A DNA stretch of 64,000 bases from Phoronis australis (lineage: Eukaryota; Animalia; Phoronida): positions 62,001 through 126,000 of the forward strand of contig NMRA01000630.1 in the NCBI GenBank assembly GCA_002633005.1. Direction: 5' to 3'. The notes beneath the pieces are model-generated. The model was not told where the DNA came from, searched no databases, and saw only the letters and a program-made list of their open reading frames with translations. A program made the translations under genes and the position numbers. Positions 13,601 through 28,600 of the stretch are shown piece after piece (position 1 is the first letter of the stretch; every line of letters begins with the position of its first letter).

Positions 13601-16600
13601 ACTAGCCACATCCCGAAATATGTTCTTTTATGCTGTGAGGTAAAAAACAGACGTAGCAACTACAGTGCACTAAACGGTGGATTTATGTTGAGTGCTGTGA
13701 GTAAAATTTAAGAACAGATAGCTGAGTGTCTCTGAGTCAGGGTAGGTTAATTCTAATTTTCCTAACTTCCTCCTGTCTTCACTCACAGCAGAGCTAATTT
13801 TTTTTGTCTTTGGAAGGAATACAGAACTAACCTCTACACCAACAGAAACTGAAATTCTGCAAACAACTGTAGATTTTATCATACAAAATCGTTAGCTAAG
13901 TGAGAGTCATGGTTTAAATGTTGTTAAGTTGTTCTTGAGGTGCCTAGTGATATTTTTGTTATTGTGTTCTGAATTTGAAATCCTTCTGTTTTAGTTTGAT
14001 CGTTGAACATTTTATAATTTGTCATGTTTTTCATTACCTTTGGTTTTACGTGAATGTGTGTCATTGTTTTTCAGCCTGGACAGAGTTTAGTAAGTCATGC
14101 ATGTGTTTCAGAAACTGATTTTCAGGAGTGGGGAACGACAGAATCTCAAACTTTCTATAAGGATGGACTCAAGAGAATATCATGATCTTTTATTTAACTT
14201 CATTATTTCCATGCACTGGTGATTAATAACCCTCATTCAAAGGTGACTTAAAAGGGTCTTAACTGGAGGAGCTCTGAGTTATCCCTTGAAGGTGGGCCCT
14301 GGTGCCATCTGGTGACAGTTTTTATTCTTAGTCGTCAACATAAACGTGCCATTATTTCAAGTGAGACTGTTCTAAGAAACTGACTTAAGTTCATTTTTGG
14401 CTTTGGTCTAAGACTTATCGAAACTTCCCAGCTTTGAAACTTTCACATCCTGTGAGTTAGTCAAAATTATGACATATTTTAAGTCATCAACTTAAGTCAA
14501 ACTAAAGATTTCTTTCTTGAAATGGACTTGAGACAAATTTAAGTTAATCTTAAAAGTGTCTAAAAATTAAGATTTGTCTTAGTTAAGTTAGTTTTCTTGT
14601 ACTTTAGAATCACGTCATTGTTTTTAAATTACCATAGCACACTGGCAGAGTGCATTAACAGTAATTTCCTGCTTCCCATGGTTTCCAGCAAAAGTTCCTC
14701 ATCTCAATTCGCCGCCAGAAATTTCCATCAACTTAAAACCAAGTGTTAGGTTGTCACACTTTGGTACTATCAGTTCTACTACTGAACACAATATACCACC
14801 ATCTCTTTATTCTTTTTGCACAGTCTGATCAAAAACGCACCCTGTTAAGGTCCCGTCATTGGATTGCTATAAATACGTGTTACGTATGTATTAGTTGCCA
14901 CGGCAACAGTTTGTATCCCCGCTTTCTTCACGTTTGTGAATCTGTCGTTCCCGAACCTTACCCCCTCCCTGTATTTCAGTTTTCTGATGAAACGTGTGTA
15001 TTTGTGTCTACCCTCTTAATTGGCCACTGTATTGATGAAAGTGAAAGCACATGGAATTCACTGTTAATAACCAATCACAACGCTTCATTTTACTCCTAAT
15101 GCTCACTGCCAATCAACAAATGCAGTAGACTACTGATGTGTACTGTTTATACGCCTCCTTAAGCCCATGCGCCTGTATCCAAAATTAATGATGTGTTTTA
15201 TCAAAAATGTTTTACTGCAGTGCTTCTGTATTTACATGCACCTAAGTGCCACTTAAAAGCACAGTCAGTTAGTCCCTTGCTATTGTGTATGTCTCAAATT
15301 GGCTGTTCACATGTTTTTTTTGTCCATGCTTAGCGTGTTTGTTGCTAAATTTATGGATATTAGTCCTGTTTTACTCTTTGAATAACTCAAATGTTTCACA
15401 TAAAGGCACATGTGCCTTGCACTGAATACTCTGTAGGCACAACTTCTCAATGTGAAGGTACGTGGGCTTACGGAAATACGTTATATGTATCCAGTAAATT
15501 CAGTTTTGAACAACTAAAACAGCAAGATGCACATTTTGCATTGAAATTTGTTTGAAATCATTTTGGCAGTTTTTGTGAGCACATTACTTTCGTAGGTGTA
15601 TGAAATTCTGAAATAAAAGAAAATGAGAAATTTTTTGGTATTAAATGATCCTTCTGTAGCTTCTGTGAGAACTGTTCTGCTTGAAGAATTGTGTTTATGT
15701 GTCATGTGCTGATTGGTTGATTCTTTCTGTTGTTTGTTTCTGATTGGCTGTTTCTGCTCTCAGTTCCAGACAAATGTTCAAACCGATTTTCTGTTACATG
15801 TGAACATTTTCGAAATACGAAATTTACAAATATTGAAAAACTGAAATTGCATAAGTTTATTTTGTGGAAGAGAAATGTTACAATATTGCATGAATATTTG
15901 TGACGTACATGTCGAGTGTTCTTCTTTCGCCTTTTCAAAGCTTTGCGTGCATTTTGTGGGGTCTGTGTACTGCATTATGATTGGCTAGTGTAGTTGTGTT
16001 GAAATGTCAGTCTAACATGTACGACCTTTACACTTTTGGAACACAGCTTGGCTCTCTAAATAAGTATGGCATGTCACTGTAGAAGGTTAATAATCAGCCA
16101 AAATGTGTTAACAAATTTTGCTATTTATAGGTTTTGCACAATGACACAAAGTATCCACATCACTCTTGCCGTTTTAAAGTGGCGTTGTGACCTATTTGTC
16201 AGCCCTTTTGACTTTCAAATGACCCTCAGAAGTAGTGATTGGTTAGGAAAAAGGCACCGTCATCATTAACTATGTCACTGTGGTAAAGTTTCCTCAAATT
16301 CAAACAAAAATATCAACCAGAATTGTATTTTTTGCACTTTTGAAATTCTTCATTGTATTGTTAAAAATGTTAAACATGTCATCGTGTGTTTGTTGATGAC
16401 AGCCTAAGTTCAGGTTTCAAATAATGGAGTAAAATGGCTTTCTTGTTTACTCGTGTTGAAAATTGTGATGAAATAAAAATTTACCGTTCCGTCATATTGT
16501 GTTTGAATTAGAAGAAACGTTACAGAACTGCTTTAAATTAGTGACATCTGGAGGCAACTCATTGGGTAATAAGGCAGGTACGTGTGCAACTGTGAATGCG

Positions 16601-19600
16601 ATATTCATTTTTTTCACTATGTATAGCGTCGGCCATCGTGCATTTCAGCTGTTGTACGGTTCTGTCACGATTGCTGGCATTTGCACGTTTCTGTCATTTT
16701 CAGGAAAACATGGTAATTAGTTAATATTCATCAACACTTGAGGTCTGATTTTGATCTTGTTTTTGTGATTCTGTGCAATACTTTCTCGAAGAAAGATGAC
16801 ACCAGCTTATCAAAACTGACTGTCTACAGATTGCTGAATGGAGTGCCACAAAAAATTATTTTGAGTCTTCGCATAGTGTATGAATTTTGGGAATCCATGG
16901 TATTTCATTATCATTATTTTTTCATGATATTTCTTTATTTATGTTATAAGCAGTCGCCTGTTTCATTGAAACGTTGTAACCTAGCCACCATTTTAACTTA
17001 AAATCACAGCGGCATTGTTTCAATGAAAAGAAGTGATTTTTTCTGAACTTGAAGTGTTATTGGATCTTGTTTTAATTTTACAAAAAAGCAGGAAGTCATT
17101 ATTTGCCAAAACTGTGAATCTCTGATATATTTCCAAGGAGTTCTTAATGATGGTAAAATGTGCTCCTGCATTATTATAACATGTAGTTGTTCTGAAATCA
17201 TTTACATGTGACTTGAAACAAGAGTGTAATGTTCAGTTTTTATCTTACTGGAACCTTTATCACATATGGGAAAATCATTGAAATATTTCTCTTAAATTTT
17301 TTGCGCAAATCGTGTCGCTTAATCAGTGCCTACTGCCTAACCACCACTGTCCCACTCAACTCACTAAGTGTGCCCTCTATTGTTGACTGAATGAACTACC
17401 TCACTCTCACTTAGTGTTGATTTGTTTTTTTATGACACATTCCTACTGTGGCACTCCAAAATTTTGACCCTGTTGCTAGACAAGAGACTGATGTGCGGAA
17501 ATTCTTAATTTATATCAAATGAATGTAATGTGAACTAAGTCTTGTAACAATTTTTAATTTTTGTATTTTTATCGAACCTTCACTTTTAAAGGTGTAACTA
17601 TGATGCAAGAAAATGTCTTTCCCATACCTGAGTATCTACGTCTGAATGGAATGGTAAATATTTGGAATTTTCTTGCATCATACTTAGTTCACTATTCACG
17701 TCTGTCATTATCTCTTCAGACTCCTGACTTTCGGCTTACTAAGGACACGGGGGCCATCAAGTCTGGTGAACTATTGACAAGTCAGGGTCAAGTCAGTAAC
17801 AAGACCTACAACCAGTATCAGATACAAGGTACTGCGTTAACTTCACTGGCTGCCACCAGGATCGCTGTGCGACTACCTGTGACTAAATGTGATGTAACAT
17901 TGCTCTCAAAAATGACTTTGCTAGTTGATGAAGTAGGATGTTCTAGAAGCTTGTGATTATTAGCCTAATAGCTGCTTTGATTTTATGTTTGAGGCATTTA
18001 TTAAAGTATACTTTATCCAAAAGGTGAATTGAGATTTTCTTCTGTTTTCATCTGCTGACACCTGATTTTTCACGTCCAAGCTAGAGCCCAACGAGCTTTA
18101 TCTGATGTTACTTCCTGTGGTCATTATCACGTCAACCATGTGTCTCCTTCACTGGAACCGTTACTGGTTTATATATTTGTGTTTTGACCGTGTAACCATG
18201 ACGATGCGCAACAATTATTTTAAAGCCGGGCCATGCAGCAACATTTCATCGAAAATATTGTTTTGTTTGTTTTGGAGGTGGAACCCATTGCTTTGGTTCA
18301 TTAATACCGTGAATTATGGGTCTAGTTACAGGTTATATAGACGGAGTGAATTCACCTATTGTAGCATTGAGAATATCCTTACTGCTAACAACCAGATTTG
18401 TTCTAGTTTGAAGATTAAAACTTTGGCTTGACCTGATTATTGTGTGGCTCTACCATTGACAATGCTCTGTGAGTGAATCTGTTATGGGGACTATTGTATT
18501 TTTCTCCGATTTATGGATGTTCTTATATTGCTTCATGTTTTATAATTCAAATTTTTAAATTGTCATGGCGCTAAGTTTTCAAAGTTTCAGATATGTTAGT
18601 TCATTGATATATTAAGTAATAACTAAATAGTTAGTGTTCAGTTAATACAGGTTTCTTTGCTAGTATCTTTTTGTTTGAGATTTGGAGCGTGTAGTAACCT
18701 CTGACCTTTGGCTTACAGCTGACCGACAATCTGGGAGTCCGTATGCCTCATCCATTCGCAGTCAACCAACCAATCGGAGGATCTCGGCATCTTCGACAAC
18801 AGACTTGGATCGGGACGATGACTTTAGAGAGCGTAACACGCACAGTGCGAACCTTAACAACCGAGCCAAACAGAGTCCGGTCTACCTTCCAGGTACGTTA
18901 ATTAGTGACTAGCTATTGAAGTTAGTTGTGTGTGTATTCCTCTTGCCTCAGTAGAGTTAAATGTGTATTCAGTGATAGCATAGTCTTGTAAAGGAGAGAG
19001 ATTAGAGCCTTTTGTAACCATGTGAACTTATTTTGTGAATTTAATATCTCCTTGCTCATACATTGCAACAATTGTTGGATAATTGTTTTCAATTGAAAAC
19101 ATTTGACATAGAACTCTATAGTATTGTCTGATTAAGAATAAAGGTACCTTTCACTTGACTCAATTTCTAATTTTGTTGTGCGCCATTAGCAACAAGGCAA
19201 GTTTCATAGCTTGTCAGAAAATGTCTGTTTCTTATTTTGTGGCAGACGACAATGATGAATCTAAGGGAGATAACTACTAAACATTATGAGCAATAGTTTA
19301 TACTTTTAAGTACCCTGTTTGGGTTTTGTCAGGAGACAGTTCAACTAATTTATCTTTTCCGCCAAAAAGTTTATCTTTCCTGTTCATAAAATTTTTGCCT
19401 GAAAAAGCAATTTCCGCTGCAGTTGACTTTATTTTTTCATTTGCATTTTTTTGCGTTTTGTTGCCCATCTCCTGTAAATTGATATCTCCCTTGTTTGCGT
19501 TCTTGACTGTGATATGTGTAAACAGCAGACAATAGCTGTTTCCTGAACATGTTTATCTACAAGTGCGCATTCAATGTTAGCTAGGAACTAGCCCGTTTAC

Positions 19601-22600
19601 ACAATACAGTACTCTCATAATGCCATTTTCTTCATTCCCCAGTGCCCAATAAACGTGCTTTGTACAAAGATCACCGCTTGTCGAAAAGTACACAAACGAA
19701 GCCTTAATTGACACACACCTGAATCAGCAGTCATTTTCATGTTTGTCAGGTGTGTTAAATTTGGTGAACACAAAGTTTTCACTTTGATGACAAGATTACA
19801 TAGGGCATCATGTCTGTGATTGAGTCATACAAATTGCTGAGAAAGTTTTATGGTTTTCACAAAAAGCCAGCTCCAGTCGTCACAAAATGTAAGTGTAAGT
19901 TACTTATATAATGTTTGAGTAGGGCAATGTTATTGTTGGAAAATGTTTTGCACTGAGTAATTAAACATGTTTCACAATTCTTAAAGTTGCGGACTGTCAA
20001 ATTGTTAATTGGTTTGGTAAAGCAACAAATTATTTGAACATTTGGATGTTAGTGTCCATAGCATTGCAAAGACAGTTTCCAATTCCAGGTGTTCATAGTA
20101 CTGTGATCCACCTTTATGTGTTCAAATTTCGTTGTGAAAGTCGAAACCAATCATACCAAATGCTAAACATTGCTCCACTAATTAACTATCATCTCCCAGC
20201 TGACCTGACTTGTCTCTCAAGGGTCTCCATATGTACACCATTTCCATGTTCTTGAATTTAAATTTCTGGTTTTCCTAAAAATTGAAGCACGATAAAATCT
20301 CATCAATATAGGACACAAAATGGCCGACAAATAAAATTTTATTTTCTCATTTGTCCATATAAAATAAAAAGCACCACATTCGTTGTTCACCATGTTCAGC
20401 TTTTGCATGATATCTGCATTAGTCACACAGAATTTTGAAAACTTTTGGAGTCTACATCATCGTATGAAGTCCTTGAAACAGGAGAAAATGGCAATTTTGA
20501 TAATTATTTGTGTTTGAAATGAGTAAGTTTTCACCATTGGTTGTGTTTAGGACATCAGAACAGAACAAATATTTTAACTTGTAACTTCATGCTTTGGAAT
20601 ATTATATAACTTGTTCGAATATCATTTATTCAGTGGTAAGTTTGCTTTGGGACCACTTGAACTAGCTTATTATATGGTTTGCTTCCACTGAAAATTATTA
20701 TTATTATAGTTCATTGTATGGTCCAGATACAAGTCCAATGTCAACGAGTATAATAACCATTTTCCCCAGGGCCCAGCTTCAATTAGAATACTTTTACCAC
20801 TTGTAAAATCATTAAATCAAACATGCTGCATGGTGTCATTGAGTTGAAGCCTTTCAGTGACTAACTACTTGAAAGCTGAATAGGTTCACTGGCCAGTAAG
20901 TGATGCTCCTTGGGGGGGGGATATTGGATAATTCTTCTTAATTCTTCTGGTGGGATGGCTTACTTGTGATACTGGGGTTCACTTTGCAAGTTGCATTTCA
21001 CTTTCAATTGAGACGTTTCTATAGCAGGTTCTGATTTACATAAATGAACGATATAATTTACTGGATTGTTCAATAACTGTGTTGTTAAATTGTGAAGTAT
21101 GACAGAACTTTAACTTATCCGTATTTTTGCATTCTTATAAATCAAATTTGTATATCTTGATACCGCATGTAAAATGTCAGTTCTCAGAATGTGTTTTTCA
21201 CTTCACGTCTTCGTTCTCCTCCTGTCTTTTCATGTTTTAGGGTATCTGTTGATCTGACTGTCAACTCTGAAATATGACAAGTTACAAGAGATTTTAGATA
21301 TGGTGAAATATGATTGGTTACAAGGGATTTTAGATATGGTGAAATATGATTGGTTACAAGGGATTTCAGATACGCAAAATATGATTGGTTACAAGGGATT
21401 TCAAATACATGTAATGTGATATGGTCAAATCTCACCAATGCAGGGCACAACGTGGCAGACCAGTCAAATTTTATTTTTTTGTTTTTTCATAAAAGATGTG
21501 TAGTACAAAATAAAAGCTTTACCGGTCTTAACTTTTACCCAACAGCTAAGCTCAAATTTTGAAAAGACATGGACTTTCACAGCAGTGTTACATGCCTTTG
21601 AAAAACGAAAATGACCAATTTTTTAAATTGTTTATGTCCAAAATTTTATGGTGTTCAGGCACTGACTGTTTACTCTGCACAAAAATGCCTAAAATATGAT
21701 ATTTGTCATTTTTATAGTGCTTGAGTTTAACGGATGAAGTAGACCACGATGAAAGGGTCTGACAATACATTGACAATACGTATTCTCTCCGATTGCAACA
21801 TGGCCTCTGGGTGTCCTGCTCATGTTGTGGAATGTTCTACATAAACAAACCTGGTTTAGTAAAGATTAAGATTTTTTTCTTTGTCATATTTCCCTTCTGA
21901 ATGATTGTCAGTCTCCTATAGTCATTATTCGGTGTCAATTTTTATCTGATGTCGTGTGGGAAATTTAAAAGTAAGATTTTTAAAACAAATTGATGAGTTT
22001 TGTGTGACAATTTTTTTAACACTTATTCAGGCTTGGGGGTTACCATACTTAGAAGGCATTGTAGTTGAGTGTTACACGGAGTGACCCCCCCAAGTTTATT
22101 TATCTTCCCGAGTGCACTTAAGACCTGCTGCAGCTTCTAATTTAGAACCCAATGACATCTTAACGGGCTGCCACAGTTTTTATTTGGAGTTAACTCACGG
22201 ACGAACAACACCTAGTGAAAAGATACGATTGCTTACTCTATGATTGGGTGAGTTTGTGTCGGCTGAGAGTCCTGTCGAGGACTACTTTACATTGATGAGT
22301 GCTTATATTAATATGGCAACTGGCTCAGTGATGAGATGGATGAATGCTTTGAATAAGTTGGACAAATATTTTCACAGTGAAGGTGAAGAAACAGTCTGTC
22401 TTATCTTATTTCCTATTCATGAGCAAGGTCTTTCAACTGATACGGATTATTGTCATTTGAGGACAGTCTTCACGAGAACTCACATGTTCAGATAGAAAAT
22501 GGATTGCTTTAAGTGATATTGTTCATTCCCATGTGGATAGAGCACCGACTGTTTCAAGAGTTTCATGTGGCTGTGTTAGGGACTCTTGTTGAAGACACAG

Positions 22601-25600
22601 CATATCGTATTGAAGACCTGTTGTGATGGAAGAATTTTGATGGTTTTTGCCGGGCGTAAGTTGTGAAAATGAACGTCAAAGCTATGATGATTGCTCAAGT
22701 CAAAGCACGCTTCACCAATTTCAACGACTTGCAAGCCTCGCGCAAGCCACGGAGAGGTTATTTTTACTTTTTCATATAACATTTGCTGGTTTCTTAAGGT
22801 GACATCGTCTCTCCAGTCTGACCATAATAATCTATGAATACAATTTTGTCTATCGTCATTAAAAGTGATACACAACAGTACAAGACGAATGTAATCAAAC
22901 AAATATTACCATTTTACCGTTGTGATGACGACGAATACTTTTAGCTGCAAAAACGACTGGTAATAACTATTCAGGAGACATAATACCAATTACAGCGGGC
23001 ATGAGCCTTATGCTTTGCTACCATACTATTAGTTGATAATTCCCTTTCATTTCTCAATTGTAAGGGAAGACTACATTGAAGATGAATTTGGCTTCTGCCA
23101 TGCTGTCGTGTCGGGGAATTCTGGGTAATTTTGTCTGAATACTTCTGTCTTGTACGTTGTTCAAGATGTGCATCAGTATATAGGGCCTTGTGATGCACCT
23201 CAGTTTACTTGACATTTATGTTGAAATCTTCCAATTTCAATTAGAAAATATTGCCTATTCTCGCTAACTTTTTCATGGAAACTTAGGCGTAGAATTTTTA
23301 AAGTCAGTGATAAACTATTTGTTTGCTATTACTTACCTAAATTACGAAGAACTGTTTAAAATGTTCTTTGTCCACTGTAATGTATGCTTAATTGTGAGAT
23401 TTTACTGTAAAAATCCGTAGTAAAGTGCATTTAGGCAAATTTAAAAATTCATGACATAATGTCGTCATTTACATTTCATGTGAGTATCCCCCTTGGATCG
23501 TCTCATTATCTAGAGAGTGCAGACAGTTCATTTCTATATCTTTAGTAGTGTTGCTTATAGCACAAATCTAATCAGGTGAAGATAATTGGCCGCAGACTAC
23601 TTTCTTTTTTCAGTGAAGCAGCTAAAGTCAATTTAATTTTGATATCAACAAGCCTAGTTGTAGTGAATGGACTTTTAATAAACAAATGATCAATTTAGAT
23701 TCTGTCCATGGAAACACATTAATTTTTCATTGATTAACGTTTGGTCTTGGATTGAAAGTTAAAATATCCAGTTGATTTCACGGTAACCACTTAGGTAGAT
23801 TTAACAGTGGATCATCCATGCTTCAATGCGGTGTGAAAGGTCACCTTTGGTATTGTGGAAGTTACCAGCTGCAGTCACTGCCAATTATGGCGCATGCTTT
23901 GTTTTTATAATTTAATATTTTTTTCTGCCCATAATGTAGACATTTCATATTTAAAAGAAAAGTTGCATCCTTGTCTAGTGACAACTTCAATGACCCAAGG
24001 ATAATTTTGGTGTCCATTTACTGCCGAAGCCAATCTGAAAGGTTCGACAAAATTCAGATTATACATCAACATCTTACTGTTGTTAAATTTACTGAGTGTG
24101 ATAAGGACTTTACCAGGCAGCTTTTTGAAATGCACTTATATTATGTTGAGCGCTGGCACTATTGAACATTTCCTCTGTCTCGTGTGCTCCCTATAACCCG
24201 CTCTTCAATTTCCAGGAAACAAAAAGCCCCTTGGTAAGAGTGTATAATGTGATGAACATGTTCATTGAAGGCCTTAGTGGTCAAACTGTCCTGGATTACG
24301 TTCTGTAAGGCAAGATATACTCACGAGTGAAAGCTAGTGAGATTGCGTGTTTTTGAGTGGGATACGTGGAGGTTTTTCGTGTCACAAAGATTTTTGAATA
24401 CACGATCTCACCCAAAGCCGCAACAAACCTGCCTTACCTAACGTAGCCATGGTTACTCAGGTTTCAGGTTGAAGTTATTATTTTATGCCCCTAAATTTGT
24501 GTGTCTTGTGGTCTGTATTTCTTTCCTTGTCTCCACTCACTCAGTACTGTGCACTTATTGTAGCATTCGCATTTCAACTTCTCATGGCAGATCGTAAAAC
24601 TGAACACTGCACAGCTTTACATTTCATGTTATTTTTTACGGACTATGAATAACTCTTCACCTGTTTGTCATGTAACATGATGGAAGGGAATTTTCTTTTT
24701 TCTCAACAAAAATGGCGATTATGGAAATTTCACAAAGTGTAATTACCGTATATATCATACTTAATGTACCCGCTGGCCATCGTCTGTCATAAAATAACAC
24801 GCAGTATTTTTTGCTGCAAAGCTGTCATCAGTCTTTGAAAACCAATATTTTTTTCAATAATTTTCACGCAAAATAGGTGAAGAGTTATCATGCTGTGAAT
24901 GATTTTATTTCTAATTATTGATTTTAGGTGATGCCTGCATTGTTTTGTGTCAAGTACAACTATTTTGATGTACGAGATTTGTGTACTTCTATTGAGACAC
25001 TTGAAAGTGATTATGGTGTGCATGAACTGAGACAAAGCTCATGTGTGCGTTTTCATATTTCAATGTCTTTTGACTTACTCTCGAACTCCTTCTGCTTGAC
25101 AAATTAAACAATTTTCTTGGGTGCTTCCAAACTTTATTTCTTTGCACAATTTGAAGATAATCAGCGCTTTATTACTATTAGTTTTCAATTGATTGAGCTA
25201 CAAAAGGCCAACCTTGACCACAATTATAATGACTTCCTTTGTCAGGTTTCATTGTATCCTATGTAATCCATTCCGGTGTCTGTTGATGGTTCCAGTCAAC
25301 CATCCCTGTGTACTCCTAAAATAACATTTTATTGAGCCATGACAAGGTTTACTGACCACTGAACAGCAGTTTTTTTTGGAGTACAGCACGGTATGTTCAT
25401 TACCAGTTGTGAGTTCAGCTTAACACATATTTTTGCTCTTCCACCGCCGGCGATTTCGTTTTTGCACATTTTGCTTATTATAATTATCATATGCTGGATA
25501 ACTGCTTTGCATTCTTTTTTCGTCCTGCGTTCTTTGCAAGATCCGGGTCTTCACCTCAATCCATCTGCGCGCCACTCACTGTCCATCTGTTTGTGCAGGT

Positions 25601-28600
25601 GACCGCGTCATATTCACGGAGAATCCCGCCCAACCCGGAGTGCCCATTGTATACAGATCAGGAGAGGAAAGAGCTGCCAATCCAGACAGACTGAATCTAG
25701 ACAGGTACACGTGACGAATGTTTAACTTACATCAATTTTGGGAAGTTGCAATAGTTATAAAATTCATTCAAATTGCATTTTGATTAAGATCGTTCTTTCT
25801 TTCATGGTTTGCCGTGTAATTGAATAAAGCAAGAATACTTTAGTTGACAATTTTTAAAAAAATTATGAGCTACTGTTTGGGTTTTTGTCCTTTAGCTACT
25901 CAAAATTTGAAAGATCCCCGGACCGATTTACTTCTCATGTTTTGGTGACCACTAAAATGTACTCCGTTCAGAGGTACTCGAAATCTTAAATGAGGAAGTC
26001 TCTGTTTCTGAAGTAGTACTGAAGAAAAGGAGACAGCTAACAATTACATAGTAAACCCTAAATTTGTAGTGTACTTGAAAAAGTACTCAATATGTAGTGC
26101 AATTTGACACCCTGGGAAAGAATCTTCTAAATTGCAATCAGTATCAATAAATGAAATTCAATTTACAATTTACGCACCGTTCACTTTTTATTTGAAAAAT
26201 TCATAGGTGACAATGATCTTTCTCACACCTTTTTTACTGGCAAACGTCAAATTTGTTGACTGGAGCGGAGCTATGTTTCAAATTGCGCTTTTATTTTGTT
26301 TTCCTTGTTTCATTGCACCAAAGACTTCCATGGCAGATTGACAATAGTTCTAGAGTCTTACTGCGTCTTGAAGGTACTAAAGTAAAGTTTAGTGGTCTGT
26401 ATTTCTCAAGTATTACTCGAGTATGAGTAAAAGTTTCAGAATAAATTAAAAGCGTATGAAAAAGTCTGGTGGTCACGGGGTCAGAAATTCAAACTCTTTG
26501 CTTCTGAAGTCAAATGTTAGCTTTTACTTGCAGTGTTCTGACCTACTTGCAAATGGAGGTTGTCCGTCTGCTTGTAGTACTTGGGTTCAAGGCTACTGTA
26601 CTCTGTTGTACTTTTGAAAAACAGTGGGCAGATTTCACTATAAGCGATGCAGGAAACATTACGCATGATATCTCTGAAAATAGACTTGTCAATTGAATTT
26701 CATAAAATCGTTAAAAAATAGCAGCGTATGAAGCAGCCTGTGCAACGTTTTAAAGAATCCCCATGGAGTAATAAGATATTGAATGATGGTTTGTTGTTCA
26801 TTATAGTTCATGTATTTGGCATGGCCAATATCGACAATTTGGTACTAGCTCTGACCTTTTTATTTTTTCACTATCGCAAACTGGAGATTTTTTACTGTTC
26901 TTCGATTTGGTATTCATTTAGTTACATTATCTGATGATTAGAGTTTGCACTGAACACATGCCATACATGGATAAAAGAGGTTAGACTCAAAATGACATGT
27001 GACCTCATCATGGAGAATGTCTTGTGATACTTCGACTGCAGAGGTAAACAATAGCCTGGATTTTACTCTTAAAACTTGAAGAACTTTGCAAACTATATTC
27101 ATTGAATTATAGAATGAGAATTTGTGGATGACTATGGTCACCATTCGTGTTAATTTCAGTTACAAGCCTGGCTATTTTTAATGCACTACAGAGGACGCTT
27201 ACAGAATACAATGTCCCCAGCGACGACCGTAACTACCAACCATAAGTAGAATACAACTCGAAATTCAGCTTCAGCATATGAAAACAAGCTTTTGAAAATT
27301 AATTACAAGAAGCATATTACGAGTTGACACTAGCTTGAGATGGGTGCATAGCCGAGTAGTGGGCACTTAATCAGAAAATTTTCAAAAATAGGGCGTGGGC
27401 CCTTACGTAAACATGGGCGTTGACCCAAATGTGCATGATACAAACAAGTCTGCTGCTGACTTCTCCATTGACTTTCTGACCTACTTCTCCAGACGGAGGC
27501 TGACCATCTGCCCAATTTTGGAGGGTGAAGAACAGCTGCGTCTGCTCAACTACCAACATAATACGATCACCCGCATTCAACACCTGAGCACGCTCAAACG
27601 GCTCATCTTCCTGGACCTCTATGACAATCAGATCGAGGAGATCACCGGACTTGACTCACTCAAATCACTCCGTGTGCTGATGCTGGGGAAGAACAGGTAG
27701 GTGGCGCTAGTGGTAAACTGCAAGTGCAGCCACACTTCAGGAATTGTGGGTAGATAGTCGCTCAAGTTGGCTAATGTGCAAAGTTTAGACATTTGGTATT
27801 TAGTAGTTGCGTGTGGAGCATGATAAATGTACTATCACCACATATGTCTAACTAAAGTTTAGAGTGTCACAAACTTTTGCTAAGCATACCAGGCATTTGC
27901 ATATTAAGTGTAGTCACAGTATTGAATCATGTAACTGAACGATACAATGGTCATACTTGTTTACAGAGTATCACTACATGTTTGAATATTAGTATGTCAT
28001 TGCTCAAGACTGATATCCTAATAAAGAGCTGCTAACTTATTTAGTATTCACAGACTCTTAGTAAAGAAACATGTGCTGAGTGTTCTAATAGTCAAGGACA
28101 ATTGAAATTAAATCTGTTCCACTTGACTACATTACGACAGGTGTTCCACTGTTCTAATCATTCCACTCTTCCTAAAGAAGGGAGCAGGATGCTTCCAAGG
28201 GGTTAAGCATTTGTAGTACCTTAGTCCTGTTTAACATATTTAATATCAAGTCTCGTTGATTATGCGTTTTCTTGAATGTATAAAGATTTTCATTTCAACA
28301 AAATTATTCAAATGTGTGGCCATAACTCAATATGTCACAGGACTAGGACTGCTGCATCAGTCTTTATCTTGATTTTAATGTCATGTTGTTATTTCATGGT
28401 GACATCTTAGATCACATGACCTTCTCTACAGACGATTCATGTTCCCTTTTTTCAGAATTAAACGTATACAGGGTTTGGAACAATTAGTTAAGTTGGATGT
28501 GCTTGATCTCCATGGCAACCACATCACAGACATTGAGCAGCTATCCCACCTATCAGAGTTGCGAGTGCTCAACCTCGCCGGCAACGGTATCACGCATGTG

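Noticed and set aside
14368-14602. TTAAG-rich quasi-palindromic stretch, possible Harbinger-type MITE
   Set aside because: Ends too degenerate to define a TIR or TSD by eye
21184-21450. ORF with repeated YLKSLVTNHISP
   Set aside because: By-product of the 36-bp minisatellite, whose unit length is a multiple of 3
24746-25393. TACCGTA...CACGGTA as a second TA-flanked TIR element
   Set aside because: Inverted match is limited to about 6 nt
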